DNA of 64,000 nt from the NCBI RefSeq assembly GCF_964355755.1, contig NC_092671.1, positions 34,358,304 to 34,422,303 on the forward strand, read 5' to 3'. Below, in pieces: positions 37,069 to 50,900 of this stretch. Numbering within the stretch: position 1 is the first letter of the stretch; each line of letters starts with the position of its first letter. The notes beneath the pieces were generated by a model. The model searched no databases, was not told where the DNA came from, and saw only the letters and a list, made by a program, of their open reading frames with translations. The position numbers and the translations under genes are program-made. The DNA is from Antedon mediterranea (taxonomy: Eukaryota > Animalia > Echinodermata).

Positions 37069-40000
37069 TTATTGTATATTATCACTTTCAACTCCATCAG
37101 AGGAACTAGCAATACTTTCAAAATCAGATTCATTCTCTGAATTACTTGTGTCAGAAAGCAGGGATTCTTCACTGCTGGAAGAATATAAGTCTGAATAGAA
37201 TGATTTATTTAATTCAGTCAAGTAGAAAGATGGAAGCATTGGTAAATCTATGTATTCCCTGAACAAATTTGAAAATTGAATAAGATTGTCTTCAATCTTC
37301 ATTAATTCGTTGGTGACTTGGGCAATCTTTCCACAAGATCCTGTTGTTTTAAGTAGTTTTACTTTGATGTCTAGGGCTTCGTGCTTCGCTATACAATGGT
37401 CAATGACCGACTGCATTTCAATCTTTACTAGGGTTATCTCCTCTTCTGCCCTGCTCTTTAAATCATTATTAGTTAAGATTTGTCTCTTCTTATTGAATGA
37501 TATACTGCATAGCTAAATTTTAAAATTCAAATAAAATATAGTAAAGTATAATATAACTAGAAATTACAAATGGATTCTTATTATTACTATTAATTATATA
37601 AAGTAAAATGTGATTTTAATTTTAAAATATTTGGTGTTTACTGTACATAACCATAACCGGTAGTTTATTCTAATTAAGTGATTATTGTTAAACAGTATTT
37701 CAACCTCATATTTACCTCAGATGCTGTTGCATTGTTGTAAAACATTCCATTAGGATCTTTAATATATGCAAATACGACACTTTGTTTACTACAAGCATTA
37801 TACTTGGAAAGTAGGCCCCTTAAGTTTTTGCTTGCACGGTTTACTTGTTTACAAAGTCTGTTTGCCACAGCTTGACCATCTAAATTGTAAAACAAAATTG
37901 TATTTTAATTGTAATACTCATTTTCACCTATATTGTGTAATCTAAATAATAACCCACTGCTCAATCAATAATCAACAAATTCCTTTAAATTTAACTATCT
38001 GAGGTTAAAAAGTAAAATGTTATTTTGGATATTGCACGGTAGTAGAAAAAAAGTAAAGGACCAAAGAAATTATAGGTCAATTAGTACACTTTTCCAACAT
38101 AATCAGCTGACAAATTGGATTTGAGTATAATAAAGTATGTTTGTGTATTATTTCAGTTTTTACCACAATATTTCTTCTTCACAGATAACAAAAACATCCG
38201 TTCTTGTGCGCATGCCTTCATTTTTCCTTTGATGTTTTCGATTTTCTTATTTGACATGGATATTTCAGCAGCTTTGAATTCCATCCCATCACTCTTCCAT
38301 CTCTTCCTTACATTATTCTCCTTCTCCATAGAAGAGACTGCATCCTCCATGCTGAAAGTATAAATTGTAGAGATAATTGAATGATCTTTACTTTTTTATG
38401 TGTCAAACACACTCAATATAATAAACAATACAACATACCTTTTGTATACATCTTGAAATTCTGAATCGGTAGTTGTCATACTTTGCCTAAACAAGAAAAA
38501 TAATTTATTTTGTCTAATTAATTTGGCAACATTTCCAAGATAATTCGAAAATTAAAATAATGTTCCAATCAACTTTTATGCACACACTCACAAACACACA
38601 CTCTTTAAAAAAACTCTTTGACTACTAAAGACTAGGCAATTTTGTGGATTATGCATGAAATACATACTGTACGTTAAAAACAACTTAAAAAAGCATACCT
38701 GAGCTGGGAAAGACTTTTCAGTTTAGATACATATTTTTCTTTCCAATTAGCTGAAAAGATTAACAATTATATATTATACAAACATAATATAATACCTTTA
38801 TTTCTGTTTAGAAACAAATTTAATATTTTTTTTGGTAAAAAACATACAGTACATAAGAGCAATTAAAAAGATTACAATAACATATCCTATATTTAAAGTC
38901 ATACCCTTATCTATCTGGACATTTGAACTCAATGCCATCTTTTCATCCTCCTTCCATTGCTCAATTACTTCAGGTGTAACATCTGTTGAAAACAATATGT
39001 ACACTGTTATGACCATGAAGTAGTCATGTATTTAATTTAGTATTTCATATTAATAAAACAAATAATAATTTCACTAAATAAGTTTTTACCTGTGGCTACA
39101 CTTCCTTTTTGTAAATTCAGCTCCTTTACTGCTTCATTTAACACATTAGATGCCTTTTTAAATTTCTTTAGTAACATGTTACCTGTGTTTGATCAAAAGA
39201 ATCAATAATAAATTAATGCAAAATGTTTTAACATTCTTATGAATTCTTATGAATGTAGAAGTAATATAGTATACATACCAATATTTTGTCGTTTCCGGCC
39301 AGAATAATGTAACAATGCATCCGTCAGCAAGTCAACTCTGTGTGATGGTGCCATTTCCTTGGTAATTTTTGAAAAATTCCGCAGGTATGACCAAAGACGT
39401 TCGATTCCCTCCCCATCAGTAAGACCAAAACCATTCAAACGTCGAGGGTTGTATAATACCTACGTTATAAGAAATTTCTGTTAAAAAATATTTTGTTTTT
39501 TTCTTGTGTTATTGTGTTAATAGATTGGTTGATTTACCTGACATGAACTTTTATGACCATAGCAATGGAAAATAGGTATTGCCATATCAACATTTCTTAA
39601 AAGTTGATCTTGCTTCTTCTGTAAAATGAAAACATACAAATATATTATATACATAGCAATTTTAACAAGGTCAGAGTTATTTAACAAAAATTAGTATAAA
39701 TTGTAAAAATACATGCCCAACTACTATGATCAGAAGATTTGAGTATATCCTGTTGTCTACTTTAAAATTTCATATATTATAATTACATTAACAACAATCA
39801 ATATAAAAAACAACTGACCTTAAGGTGTGATGATAAAACACATGCAATATCATAAGTCAAAAGCAGCCTTTGGTCCTTCACACATGCTTCATTGTACAGC
39901 TTTTGTAGTAGGAGCATCGGGTAGCCAAGTCTAAATAGAAGAAAGTTGTTTAAAATGTAAAGTAACTGAGAAAAGATATATTGAAAATTCTTAATGATTA

Positions 40001-42542
40001 CTTTTAGTAATTTCAGTAGCACTAGGTAGAGCAACACAATTGTATTTCTAAGAGAAAAAAAATATATTAAATATAGTCCAAAACTAATAGTGGTAAAAAA
40101 TAAAATACTTATTTACATTATATTCGCAGCCACAGTCTGCCCAAAATGTATTGCGTTGTACAATCTTGCCAAATTTTTTTTTATATTCAAGTTTAAGGCA
40201 AAATAAAGGGTAGCATTGTCGGTTGCTTCTTTTTCCACTATAGATCACCTCATGACGGTGCATAACATAGTGCTGTTTTGTTGCATTCACCGATTTTACT
40301 ATGCTATACTAGGTTTTTAGGTTCCGGCACCCGGACAAATTTTAGGACAGGTTAAAATTTTGTTCTCTGCATTAATACATGGCTACCATGGCAACTGGGA
40401 ACATAGTGTAAACATAGCATGAGATTTAAACACACCTTTCTCCATACCGCATGTTTATAAATTTGATGGGAAGTTCATGTCGACAAACGCTACCAAAAAC
40501 ACCAGTTACATCCATTTTGGTTTTTTTTGATCTGGATCGAAGGAGGTTAGCAGCTTTAAAATTATTACATTCCTGTACACAAAAGTATAACATGTGATAA
40601 AAAATTGGTTCAGTTATGTATATATCAAGTCAAAGTAGTTATAGCTCTATCTACTGTACCTGTTTTTTTGTATGGTCATTGTAGTTTTCGACAAATTGAT
40701 TGGATTCTTCATCTTCCAAGAAAAATTTTGTTTTGTACCTTGGTGGCTCCAAACTTTTTCCTGCCTTCCTCCTTCTAATAAGACCAAAATTTGCATCCAT
40801 GGAAATAACTTTTGTTCCTTTACCCTAAGAAAAAAATTCTACATGTAATTAAAATCAATTTATTTAAATAAAAGCAATTGAGTTGTAATTTAAACAAAGT
40901 ATTATTAATAAAAGTGCGTACCTTAGGACAAGCATAACACAATGTACCATCATCTATTGCTTCATCTGGCGTAGTAAGTTTGTAATAGGCATGGTGAAAT
41001 TCGAATAGAGTTTCTTTTTTAGCCAAAAGTTTTAATTTGTTGGCCTACCAAATGGAAACAGCAAAAAATAGCAATTAAAATTAATATTATGAACTACTAT
41101 GAATTAATTGTATGAACTTTGAAAATTAGCACAAAAGAACACTTTACCTCAAAATCCTTTAAGTGATTTGTTTGAATAATCGCTTCACAGAAGGATTTAG
41201 ATGAAACATGGCACTCAAGTTTACAGGTTCTCATCAGTTTCAAAAGGTCTAATGAGTAACCCACAGTAATGTTTGTAGATGTTGCTGGCCAAAGGTGGCA
41301 ATGTAAAAAAAAGGTATATTCTGGTTGGCACGAACAAATTTCAATTTGCAATTGATGGCATCGACCTAAAGATTAATAATTATGTAATATTATTATCAAT
41401 AATACAATTTTAAAAGGTTTCATACATTCGACATTAATCAAATATATATGATAGTACAGTAATCACATTTACATAGCAATTTAGAACTGTGTTTTACTAT
41501 ATAACCAATTTGGTTAGAGTAAAACACAATGATATAGAATAGGAAACATTTAATAATAATGATAAATGACATTTACATAGCAATTTAGCACTGTGTTTTA
41601 CTAGTATAACCAATTTGTTTCATACATTCAATATTAGTCAAATATATATGATAGTACAGTAACCAAAATAATCATTTGTGGCATACTGTATTAAAATGAA
41701 AATGTGTACAATACAAATTACCTTTAGCATCAAAAACAGTGACATATTTCAGCAATTTTACACCACAATCAACATGGTTTGAGTATATGGTCTTTATGGT
41801 GTCAGATTCATATCGGACAAATGTACCAACCTAAAATTAGGAAAAAACAAATTGAACATTTTAAGGTTTTTATATTTTGTTTTGTTATTTGCATATAATT
41901 TTTTTGCAAAACTTTACGCTAGTCGTAACTATTTCCACTTAGAAAGTACAAATTATTTAATTTTAATTTGTATTCACATGTATACCCTGCAAAAATAATA
42001 AAATTATTAGTTCATTCCAATTATGCGAAAGTAGATTTATTGTCAGCATTGTTTTTTTTAGTTTCTTTCTGTTTAAATGTAGAAAAAAAAGTGCCACCTA
42101 CTTTCCAAACCTCGGGTACATGCAATATCCTAAATCTGTGGGCTTCTTCAATGCATTTGTTGCAAAAGTATATACAAGGACCACAGTCTAAACATCTGTA
42201 AACCTGTTCCAAAGAAGATTTTTGGCATTGACAGCATTTAGCATTGTGCAGAGGGATCAATGTTTCCAATAGTGCTACATCAATCCCATCTCTAGCATTT
42301 TGCCACGCCTCGATCTCTCTTTGTTTTTCAGCATAATGTTTACTAGGGCCAGTGTTAGTACTAGTAGACGCTTGAGGGTGTTCTTCATCTGTTACTGGTA
42401 AATCTATGGGTACATGTATGCGACATTGTGGTTGTGGAATGTTTGTAGGCCTAGGCCTATTGCCACTAAGGTATACCCTTCTCGAACGAGATCTACTCGT
42501 GGTAGTTCTCACTCTTACAAAAAGCCGTTTTGATTTAACCAT
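37069..42542 (-). CDS. KDZ (Kyakuja-Dileera-Zisupton) transposase with N-terminal CxC cysteine cluster, about 16 exons
   Basis: Exon 1 is 42542-42102 (CCQC...YRCLDCGPCIYFCNKC...H...H). Later motifs: CSC...LWPAT, CYACPK, SMDANF, CNNFKA, TGVFGSVCRHE, NMRYGER, YDIAC, PIFHCYGHKSSCQ, GFGLTDGEGIERLWS. Acidic tail and stop at 37069. No stop seen in the exons I translated (1-10 checked in full). Confidence 0.9.
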
Positions 42543-42769
42543 ACTAGAAAAAAAAAGATTATTATTAGTTAGACCATGTGAGAAATTTTGGGAGAAAGCA
42601 TAGTGGCATGCTGTTAGATTACTATGATGGGTCATTTTAATATCAGGGCAATAGCCAATACACGTCCATGCAACTCTGGAAATCTCGGAAACAAAAACAG
42701 GCCTCTCATCGCCGATCGGTGTGTTTTTCCAGAAAATTTTCTTCACACTATTATTATTATTATGCAAAC

Positions 42770-43640
42770 CTGGTTACCTAGCTCCTAGCTAGGCCTAGAA
42801 CTTTGGTTAGGCCTACCTAGGCCAACATTTTTGCAGGGTGTTTTTTTTTTTGGGTACGAGTCATCAAAATAAAATGTGGGTACGAGTCAGCTAAAATAAA
42901 ATTGAGGTGCTGGTCTAGGGCTAAGCCTAGCTAGGCTAGCTTATTCCCCCCTACTAGGCCTACGTACGAGTTGGAATGGTCGATGATGATGGGCCGGCCG
43001 GGTACACGGGTTGATCTAGCCTGGCCCTAGGCATGGGCCGGAACCTCTAGGCCTAGTTATAGTATATAAAGTAGGGCCTACTACTACTAGCTACTAGGCT
43101 AGGGCGGCTAGGCCTACTAACTAGCTAGCTAGTAGGCCTAGTGCTATAGTAGGCCTAGTAGTAGGCCCTTCTAGTCTAGCTAGTAGGCTAGGCCTGCCTT
43201 TTAGGCCTACTAGCCTAGGCTTGGCCTAGCTAGCTAGGGCCTACATCCTCAGTCTAGCTAGCCTAACTAGTTAGTCTAGGCCTACTACTAGCTAGTAGGG
43301 CCTATAGCCTACCCTACTCTTCTAGGCGCACCTAGCCTAGACCCCTAGCTAGGCCTAGTTAGGCTAACCCTGTGGCCCCTACCCTAGCCTAGCTAGGCCT
43401 AGCTAGGCTAGAGGCCTACCTAGGCCTAGCTAGGCCTACTAGCCTAGCTAGGGCCTAGGCCCTAGTTTAGGTAGTAGACTACTTCTCCCTAACCGAGTGC
43501 TGGCAGTAAAACACTTACTTTGTAGCCTGACTAGCTAGGCCTGCCTTTATAGCGTATCCAAGGCCCTACACGGTGGTGTATGTAGGCTTGTATTGTAGCT
43601 AGTAAGCAGTAGTAGGCCTAGGCCTAGGCCTAGTGTAGAG
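42770..43640. repeat. Low-complexity CTAG/AGGCCT-rich tract upstream of the transposase
   Basis: Dense irregular TAGGCCTA, CTAG and TAGTAG motifs; similar tracts at about 220-360, 14465-14625, 21945-22060 and 29070-29120. Confidence 0.85.
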
Positions 43641-44152
43641 TAGTAGTAGAGCGTGCCGGAGCGTGCCATGCATCGTGTCCCATCATAGCGACCCCTGCGA
43701 CCACATAGGAAAATTTGCGATAATGCGCATGCTCAAATCACCATAAATATTTGAAATTATTATGACTTTTTGATAACTAAAAAATATATAATTTACTTTA
43801 AAAAAATATATTCTATACTTGCTTAAAATTCAATATTTATAAAGTTTTTAAAAACTATTTTAATAAACTCTTAAAATACATTAGCGTTTATTCACAATGG
43901 CGAAACATCGTCTGCTATTGGTTCTGGACGACTATGTTTAATACACAGGACAAGTATGTACTTAATAACTTTCGTCACTGGTGACCAATGACAGACAGTA
44001 TCCATGTACATGCTTGACAACTGCGCAACGGTGAACCATATATATACATGGTAACAGTTACAGAATCGGGTGAATAAAGCTTCTGATCCTGATGGTGTGA
44101 GTGTTCGGATGCTTAAACTCGCTTGTCCGGTAATTATTCCGGCTATCACACA

Positions 44153-44600
44153 TTTTTAGTCGCGTGGACGCGACTCTATAGTTCACTATGTCGGTCGGTC
44201 TCTCGGTCTGTCGGTCTCTCTGTCGGTCCGGTATCACTATGCGTTTTATCGCTTTTCTGTACTTTTTTAACTGTTTTGATGTACAGACAATTAGTCGCGT
44301 GGGTGGACGCGACTCTATAGTTCACTATGTCGGTCGGTCTGTCTGTCTGTCGGTCTGTCTGTCGGTCCGGTATCACTATGCGTTTTATCGCTTTTCTGTA
44401 CTTTTTGAACTGTTTTGATGTAGAGACAATTAGTCGCGTGGGTGGACGCGACTCTATAGTTCACTGTCGGTCGGTCTGTCGGTCTGTCTGTTGGTGCGGT
44501 ATCACTAAGCGTTTTATCGCTTTTCTGTACTTTTTGAACTGTTTTGATGTACAGACAATTAGTCGCGTGGACGCGACTTATGACTGTTGGCCTTGTTTTT
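44153..44600. mobile_element. HINE-like element with three tandem ~135-140 bp head units
   Basis: AGTCGCGTGG(GTGG)ACGCGACT starts at about 44158, 44293, 44432 and 44561, with (GTCY)n between; ends GGCCTTGTTTTT. Confidence 0.75.
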
Positions 44601-44759
44601 ATACAAGGGTATTTTACCCCGACCCTATGCATGAAGTACATTTTCTGAAGGCGTAGACTGGATAAGTATGTGAACTAATATAAAGATTAGATTAAATTAT
44701 TCTTTTCACCTTATACACCCCATGTGAACTGGGTGAACGTTCACGTCCTCGCTCTCTCT

Positions 44760-45135
44760 TTATTTAAGAGGCTTCCAATCAGCCTCTGAATTTAAAAGGC
44801 TTCCAATCAGTTTGGATATAGGTAATACTGAGGCAAGCCTCTCTTTGAATCAATGTACACACATTGTTTTGACAATGAAATTAATCTATATTTGTTTAAA
44901 TGGGCGGGGAGGCGAGGATTATTAATGAACAATCGTGATTTTGTTGTCACCAAACGTTAGAGGGATACACTTACTCAACCGAGGAATGTTTGTTATGGCG
45001 TAAAGGTTTGTTCATTTGCATGTAAACAATACGTAGTCAGATTCATGATATTTCAACGAGGCGAGTATAAATAAATCTTTTCTATATGGTTACAATCGGA
45101 AATTAGTGAAAACACGAAAATAAACAAAGTCAAGG
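44760..45135 (+). promoter_or_regulatory. Candidate ROCO-2 promoter / non-coding first exon
   Basis: Two CCAATCA boxes (about 44775 and 44803), a GC box GGGCGGGG (44902) and a downstream donor AAG|GTACGA (45134). Confidence 0.3.
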
Positions 45136-47936
45136 TACGAAAAAGTTTGTGTAATAAGTCGTATTTAAGTTGTAGGCCTATTCGACATAAGCTTTCATTT
45201 CATTTCATATTATTTTCTCCCTACACTCACTAAGAGACAATCGACCATTACTGTGGGTAAACATCACAGAATCGACTAGAATAAAGTATATACTGTAATT
45301 GACAACTGTGTAGACGAAATGAACCAAAACGGTTGTTATAACTTGTATTTTGTCAATGCTTGATCAACCGATACTACAAGATTAACTCCAATAAAGAATG
45401 AAATTTTATTGGTTTTGTCTGCCTTGTTTATTTCTCGAATGCACTCTCTACATGATACTGCATCCCTCTACTCATCAAATTTGGGTTTGAGTTTGTTTGA
45501 TTTAGTGACTTAATCTTGGTTTTATTCATGTTTGTTATGTCTTTCTGTCAGTCAATTGTCTTGTTAGACTGATCACACAAGGATTAACGTGTCTTATATA
45601 GGCCTAGGTTTTCTGTCTTCTTGCGTGATCAACAAATATATACAGTTTTTTTCTTGGAAAATAAGATTTCAGGTAAGTATTTTATTATCTTCATACCAAA
45701 GTGTATTCAATGATCTTGTTACTTTGCCATTTAATTTTCAAAATTATGCCAATATATTTAAATGTGGTAATTATGAGCATGCGTATTGCTAAAATCAAAA
45801 AATGACAATTGATACTATCCACACGCATTGAGAGAAAAATAGCAAAAGTCAGCCATTAAGATTGGTAAAACGTGACAGTTTCTCTGACTCAAAAGACGAT
45901 TGAAACGACCATTATGTGTAGTGTGCCAAAAAAAAACCACACACATAGTTGTTGTACAGTAACTTTATCAATGCTAAATCACCATGCAATTGAGTACAAT
46001 ATATCAATAGGCAATTGCAACTAGTATTTGAATAAGTTAGGCAATTTGTCATAGAGTTGCATTCATTGTATCTGCCTTCTTGTTCATTTCCAGTGAAATA
46101 TGTACACGCATCTTCGTGTATTTGTTTAATAGGTTCATTGTATAATATTGTTACTGGATTTCTCATGATATTTTTTAAGTGATTTTTCTATAATTATCTG
46201 TTTGCGCGTAGCATTCCTGTACGAGACGTATTTTGTCTTCCTGTTCAATCCTTTATAACTCTCCATACGGTTTGACTTTTTGGATTGATAAAGTTTGTAA
46301 TGGGCAAGTGACCTTTACAGTTACTTTTTCTGGCTGGTCATTATATTATCGTGTTTACTGTTATTTCGATATGCTCTTTATAAATAATAAGACAAGTATG
46401 CTAATAATTATTATGAAAAGGTATTGGGAGTACAATGTTAACACAGGGTTTCTCAACAGTTTTTTTAGTGGGCCCATTGTATTCGTGTGAGCCAGATACA
46501 GCCTAGCGTCATTAGTGCCGTCAAATGGGCCTGCGTTTATGTACAATAACCGCTTTTTCTGTATTTTTTTAAGCTGTAGCTCAATCGTGGGCCGTAACTC
46601 ATGGCATCAAATGTTTACACTGAAAAGAAAAAAGGAAGGTAATAATATTGTGATCAATAATATATCTATTATCTTGATCATGTTATATTTTCTAATAATA
46701 TATATCTAAGGTCTATTATCCTTTATAATTTAAAAATAATTAATTGATATTCAGAAATTGAATTGATTTGGAAATTGTATTATCAGTAATTATAGTTACT
46801 AGAGGGTGAGTGTAGACGATGGTTCTCGGAATGATAATGACTCGGGTAAAAAGGTTTTAAAAGGACTTCTTGTACGTTTTCTGTCGAAAATTATTGTTAT
46901 TGAAATTGCTTGACATTCGTACAACTAAACCTACTCTGTTTCGCAGTGTCTTAGATGATTAATAACATTTTAAAGTATAGTATTATTATTCAAAGTGATT
47001 TTTTATTGGGGACGTTTTGGGCGTTTATTCAAATAAATACCATCCTAATAATTAATACATTATTTAATTTAAACATCTTTTGAAACTAATTTCCGCGACA
47101 GAGTTGGCCGTTTCGAGAAGGAAGACGTTTTAGACGGCTTGCAACATGGGCAGACGTATCCCGGGCCTAACAGGACACAGTTATTCCTGCCAGCTTACTC
47201 AATGAAACTCGGCTATCGTGATTTCACTCGATTTTAAACAAAAGGTCTTATCATCAGATCTTCCTATGTAATTCTATAATACAATATACTCCGATGCTTT
47301 ATATTTAACTTGATCTTTATTAATTTGCAGTATAATTTTTATTTTTTAACTACTGTACCTTCACACGCGCGGTCCGATCCGAAAGTAAACAAAAAACTAA
47401 ATGGCTATAGCTCCTAACGGCCAACTTAGTTGAAACCAGGAAGTTGCAAGATGAACACCCGTGAACGATGAACTCATTGTGAATCCGGAAATTACTTGAA
47501 CCGCGCACAATTGAAGTTGAATTGAAAATCTACGGATGAAATCAGAAATTTGGTTCCATATTTCTTAGGAAGATATTATAAAGGAACAATATCGTAATAG
47601 TGGAAACTAATGTTATCAATTCTACGTTTCGCGGTACATCTGAGATAGATAAGGTAGGTAACCAAGGCGGAGATTTGTCCCGAAGTTTTTTCATTGTGCT
47701 CGCCTATGTCAGAATTAACCATAATTTATATATAGATGACGTATTGTAATACATCCAAACAATGTAAGCAAATGTGTTGCTATCATTTACACAATGTCAA
47801 AATGTTAATTATAAATATAGAATAAGACAAAGAAAAATGAATAAACATTAAAATTTAATTTGATGAATAAAAGAAAAATGATGGTTATTCAGACTTACGT
47901 AAACATGTTAATTAAACTTAATACTTTATTTTACAG

Positions 47937-50900
47937 TGAAATCTTGACAGACGAGACTGAGTTAGAGTAAGTATAAACTTAAACTAAGTTTTCAATTTAA
48001 TAATTAAAATCATGAATTTAAACAATGCATAACTATTCTGGCATTATTTATGTCAACATGTTTAATTAGCCTTAATACTCTTTTTAAAGAACTGACGGAT
48101 ATAAACATAAACATAAACTTATTATGTAAGCACATGGAATTTAATTTTAACACTTCGTAGAACATTTTTAATAGTACACATGAATGGACTTATCAAATAA
48201 AAATTGCATTATAGAAAACTTGTGCTATATTGATTTACATTTCGGTCTTTCAAATAAATGTAATAATTTAAAAAAAGTTAATATATTATTACTTTTTAAA
48301 AACACAACACGTATCGAAGGAGTTAGCTTTAAAAGACAACTTGACCGAGGACCATATTTTTACAACGTATTGGATATACATATGATTACAGAACAATCGC
48401 GAGATTAAGGATATCGTCGCACGCGCTCGCCGTACAGCCGTTTTCACTGTTGTTAACATACAAGATAGATAGGTACCGTCACTTCAATTGCTAATTTGAC
48501 CTGTATTAGCCTTAAATATGCCAAAATGTTTAGTTTTCTTAAGTATTTTGAAGAAACACTTCAATATCCAGATAGGCAAAAGAAACAAGAAAAAAATTCA
48601 ACATTTATATTTTTTACGATTTATTTAGAAAGTGTGTTTACTAGAAATGTTCGCGCTTTGTGAGACTTAAAATATGGTCCTCTGTCAAGTTGTCCTTTAA
48701 TGCCTCGCTTTTGGAAACATAGATAATCCGGTTGAGTATTATAGTATAAACAAGTACTAAGAAGAATTTACATTATTTATATAAGCTTACTAATAAAACC
48801 TTAATAATTTGTTACAGTAAATGGAATAGACAGCTAGAGTAAGTATAAACATAATTATCTGTATATTAATGCCATGCCAAAATGTAAAATGTATTACGTA
48901 ACAGTGGTAAAATACATAACAATTCAATTATTTCACGAGCACAAAGAATAATAAATGTATTACAAAACAATTGGAAAACAATGAAGTATAATGAAATTTT
49001 AATTTAATGGATTTTTATAATATAATTATGGTTAAGACAAAGCATAACAAAATCAAAATTGCATTTCTACACATCAGAAATTGGGTAGTGAATTCCTTAT
49101 ATTTTTAAAAAGCATAACTACATATAGAATGATCAGGTTTTAAATAATAATAGAGCAGTATATTGCAGAATTATTAAGACATTAATATTATGTAAGCTTA
49201 CTATTAAATCTTAATTATTTTACAGAGAACAGAGAAGAAAGAGAGAGTAAGTATAAACATACTATTGCTAATGGTTTGCCATGCTAAAACGTGAAATTGA
49301 TTACGTAAAACTTTAAAATACACTTTACAATGAAATATAATTTATGAAGGGGCTTGTATTAGGACCAAGACAAAGTATAACAAAATAAAGATTTCATTTC
49401 TTACACCTTGTGTATAAGCCAACTGTATAAACTAACTTAATATCTATTTACAAAAACAATATAGTAACCTACTACTTGTAAAATAATAATAAATCAATTG
49501 TTTTCAGCCTAAATGCCTCACTTTCAATCAATCAATAATCAACATTTTTATTCCATATTAAAAAAAAACATATACAAATACAATAACAATGATAATGGAA
49601 TGAGATACAAAATAAGCACAAGTGCATTAAACATGTAACCATACCAAACTAGAACAAACACTAGTACCAAAAAAACCTAACTTAAATATTTTTATTGATA
49701 TAATGTTGCTTCAATCTCTGCTTAAACAAACTTAATGTGGGGGATTGTTTTATATAATATGTTACATTCCAAATATGTGTTCTTGATAAGATATACATTG
49801 TTTTAGTTGTGGACAATAGTTTGACCTGTTTCTATATTTGAGTAATTATGGAATGCCGGGCCAAATCAGTGATTAAATGATGCTGTTAATAGATTATTGT
49901 TATATCTGTGCATCAATATAGCAGCATGGTTGCTAATAAATATTAGAGCAGATAATTTAAACAACTATTTGTCAACATACTATTGAATTTTTTATTTATT
50001 TTTTTTACAGAGAAGTGAGACAGGAAAAGTAAGTAGAATATTGCTTTACTATCCAATAACATGACCATATAGAATAATCAGGTTTTTTATAATAATACAG
50101 CAGAACATTTTGTGGAGAATTATTAAGACATTAAAATTTATGTAAGCTTACTATTAAATCTTAATTATTTTACAGAGAACAGAGAAGAAAGAAAGAGAAA
50201 GAATAAACATACTATTGCTAATGGTTTGCCATGCTAATATGTAATATGTGTTATGCAACATTTTAAATTACAAGTAGTATAATGAAATATAATTGTCATT
50301 TACTGTAGTAAATTGTATCTTTAAAATAATTTTCAATTTATTTTTGTTCTAAGTTCATGACATATTTTTAAATCATAATAAAGTCAAGGTTTAGTTTAAA
50401 TGCACCATATAAGAAAAAAATATAATAACAGGTAAAGTTTAAAAAAATTAAGACAATTTATAATTATGTATGTTTAATATAACGTAATGAATATGAATAC
50501 TTGTTTATCTTATAGAAAATGGGAAAGACTACGAGAGTAAGTATATTTACACGATATAGTAATTTACCATGTGAAATGTGAAATTTGTTACGAAACACTA
50601 ATGACATTGATTATGTAGAAGACATTACAAGTATATATGTTTTACTATTAAGACATTAGGTTTAAATAAATCACTAACAAAACTTAATATTTTTTGACAG
50701 AGAAACAAGTAGACTGTTAAAGTAAGTATATATATTATTTTTAATCTTTTGTCTTTAGACTTTGTGGCCAAGGATTGCCAATAGTAAATTAATCACTGTC
50801 CTATCAGATAGTTGGTAATCCCCCTGATGCAGGGCTATTTTGTGAACCAGTTCACCGAGGTAACCCCATTCTCTTCTCGAAAATGAAGTGGGTTCTAATT

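Larger units (their letters stand above)
21421..44072. mobile_element. Giant (22,652 bp) KDZ-superfamily DNA transposon
   Basis: 117-bp TIRs (21421-21537 and 43956-44072, CACCCGATTC...GAATCGGGTG) and 7-bp TSD AATAAAG (21414-21420 and 44073-44079). The empty site restores the CR1 ORF2 frame. Encodes a KDZ transposase. Confidence 0.92.

Noticed and set aside
42543-42767. N-terminal extension of the 248-aa ORF
   Set aside because: It begins at a non-ATG codon in the ORF track. I placed the start at ATG 42542 (MVKSKR), although an upstream in-frame ATG near 42633 is not excluded.
44123-44656. Overlapping repetitive ORFs (DRQT/SVCL)
   Set aside because: Translation artefacts of (GTCY)n microsatellite in a HINE; the same applies to 19408-19725.
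47400-47657. First coding exon of ROCO-2
   Set aside because: Has plausible donors (47653, 47657), but stops occur immediately upstream in the phase needed to join the micro-exons; at best a UTR exon.
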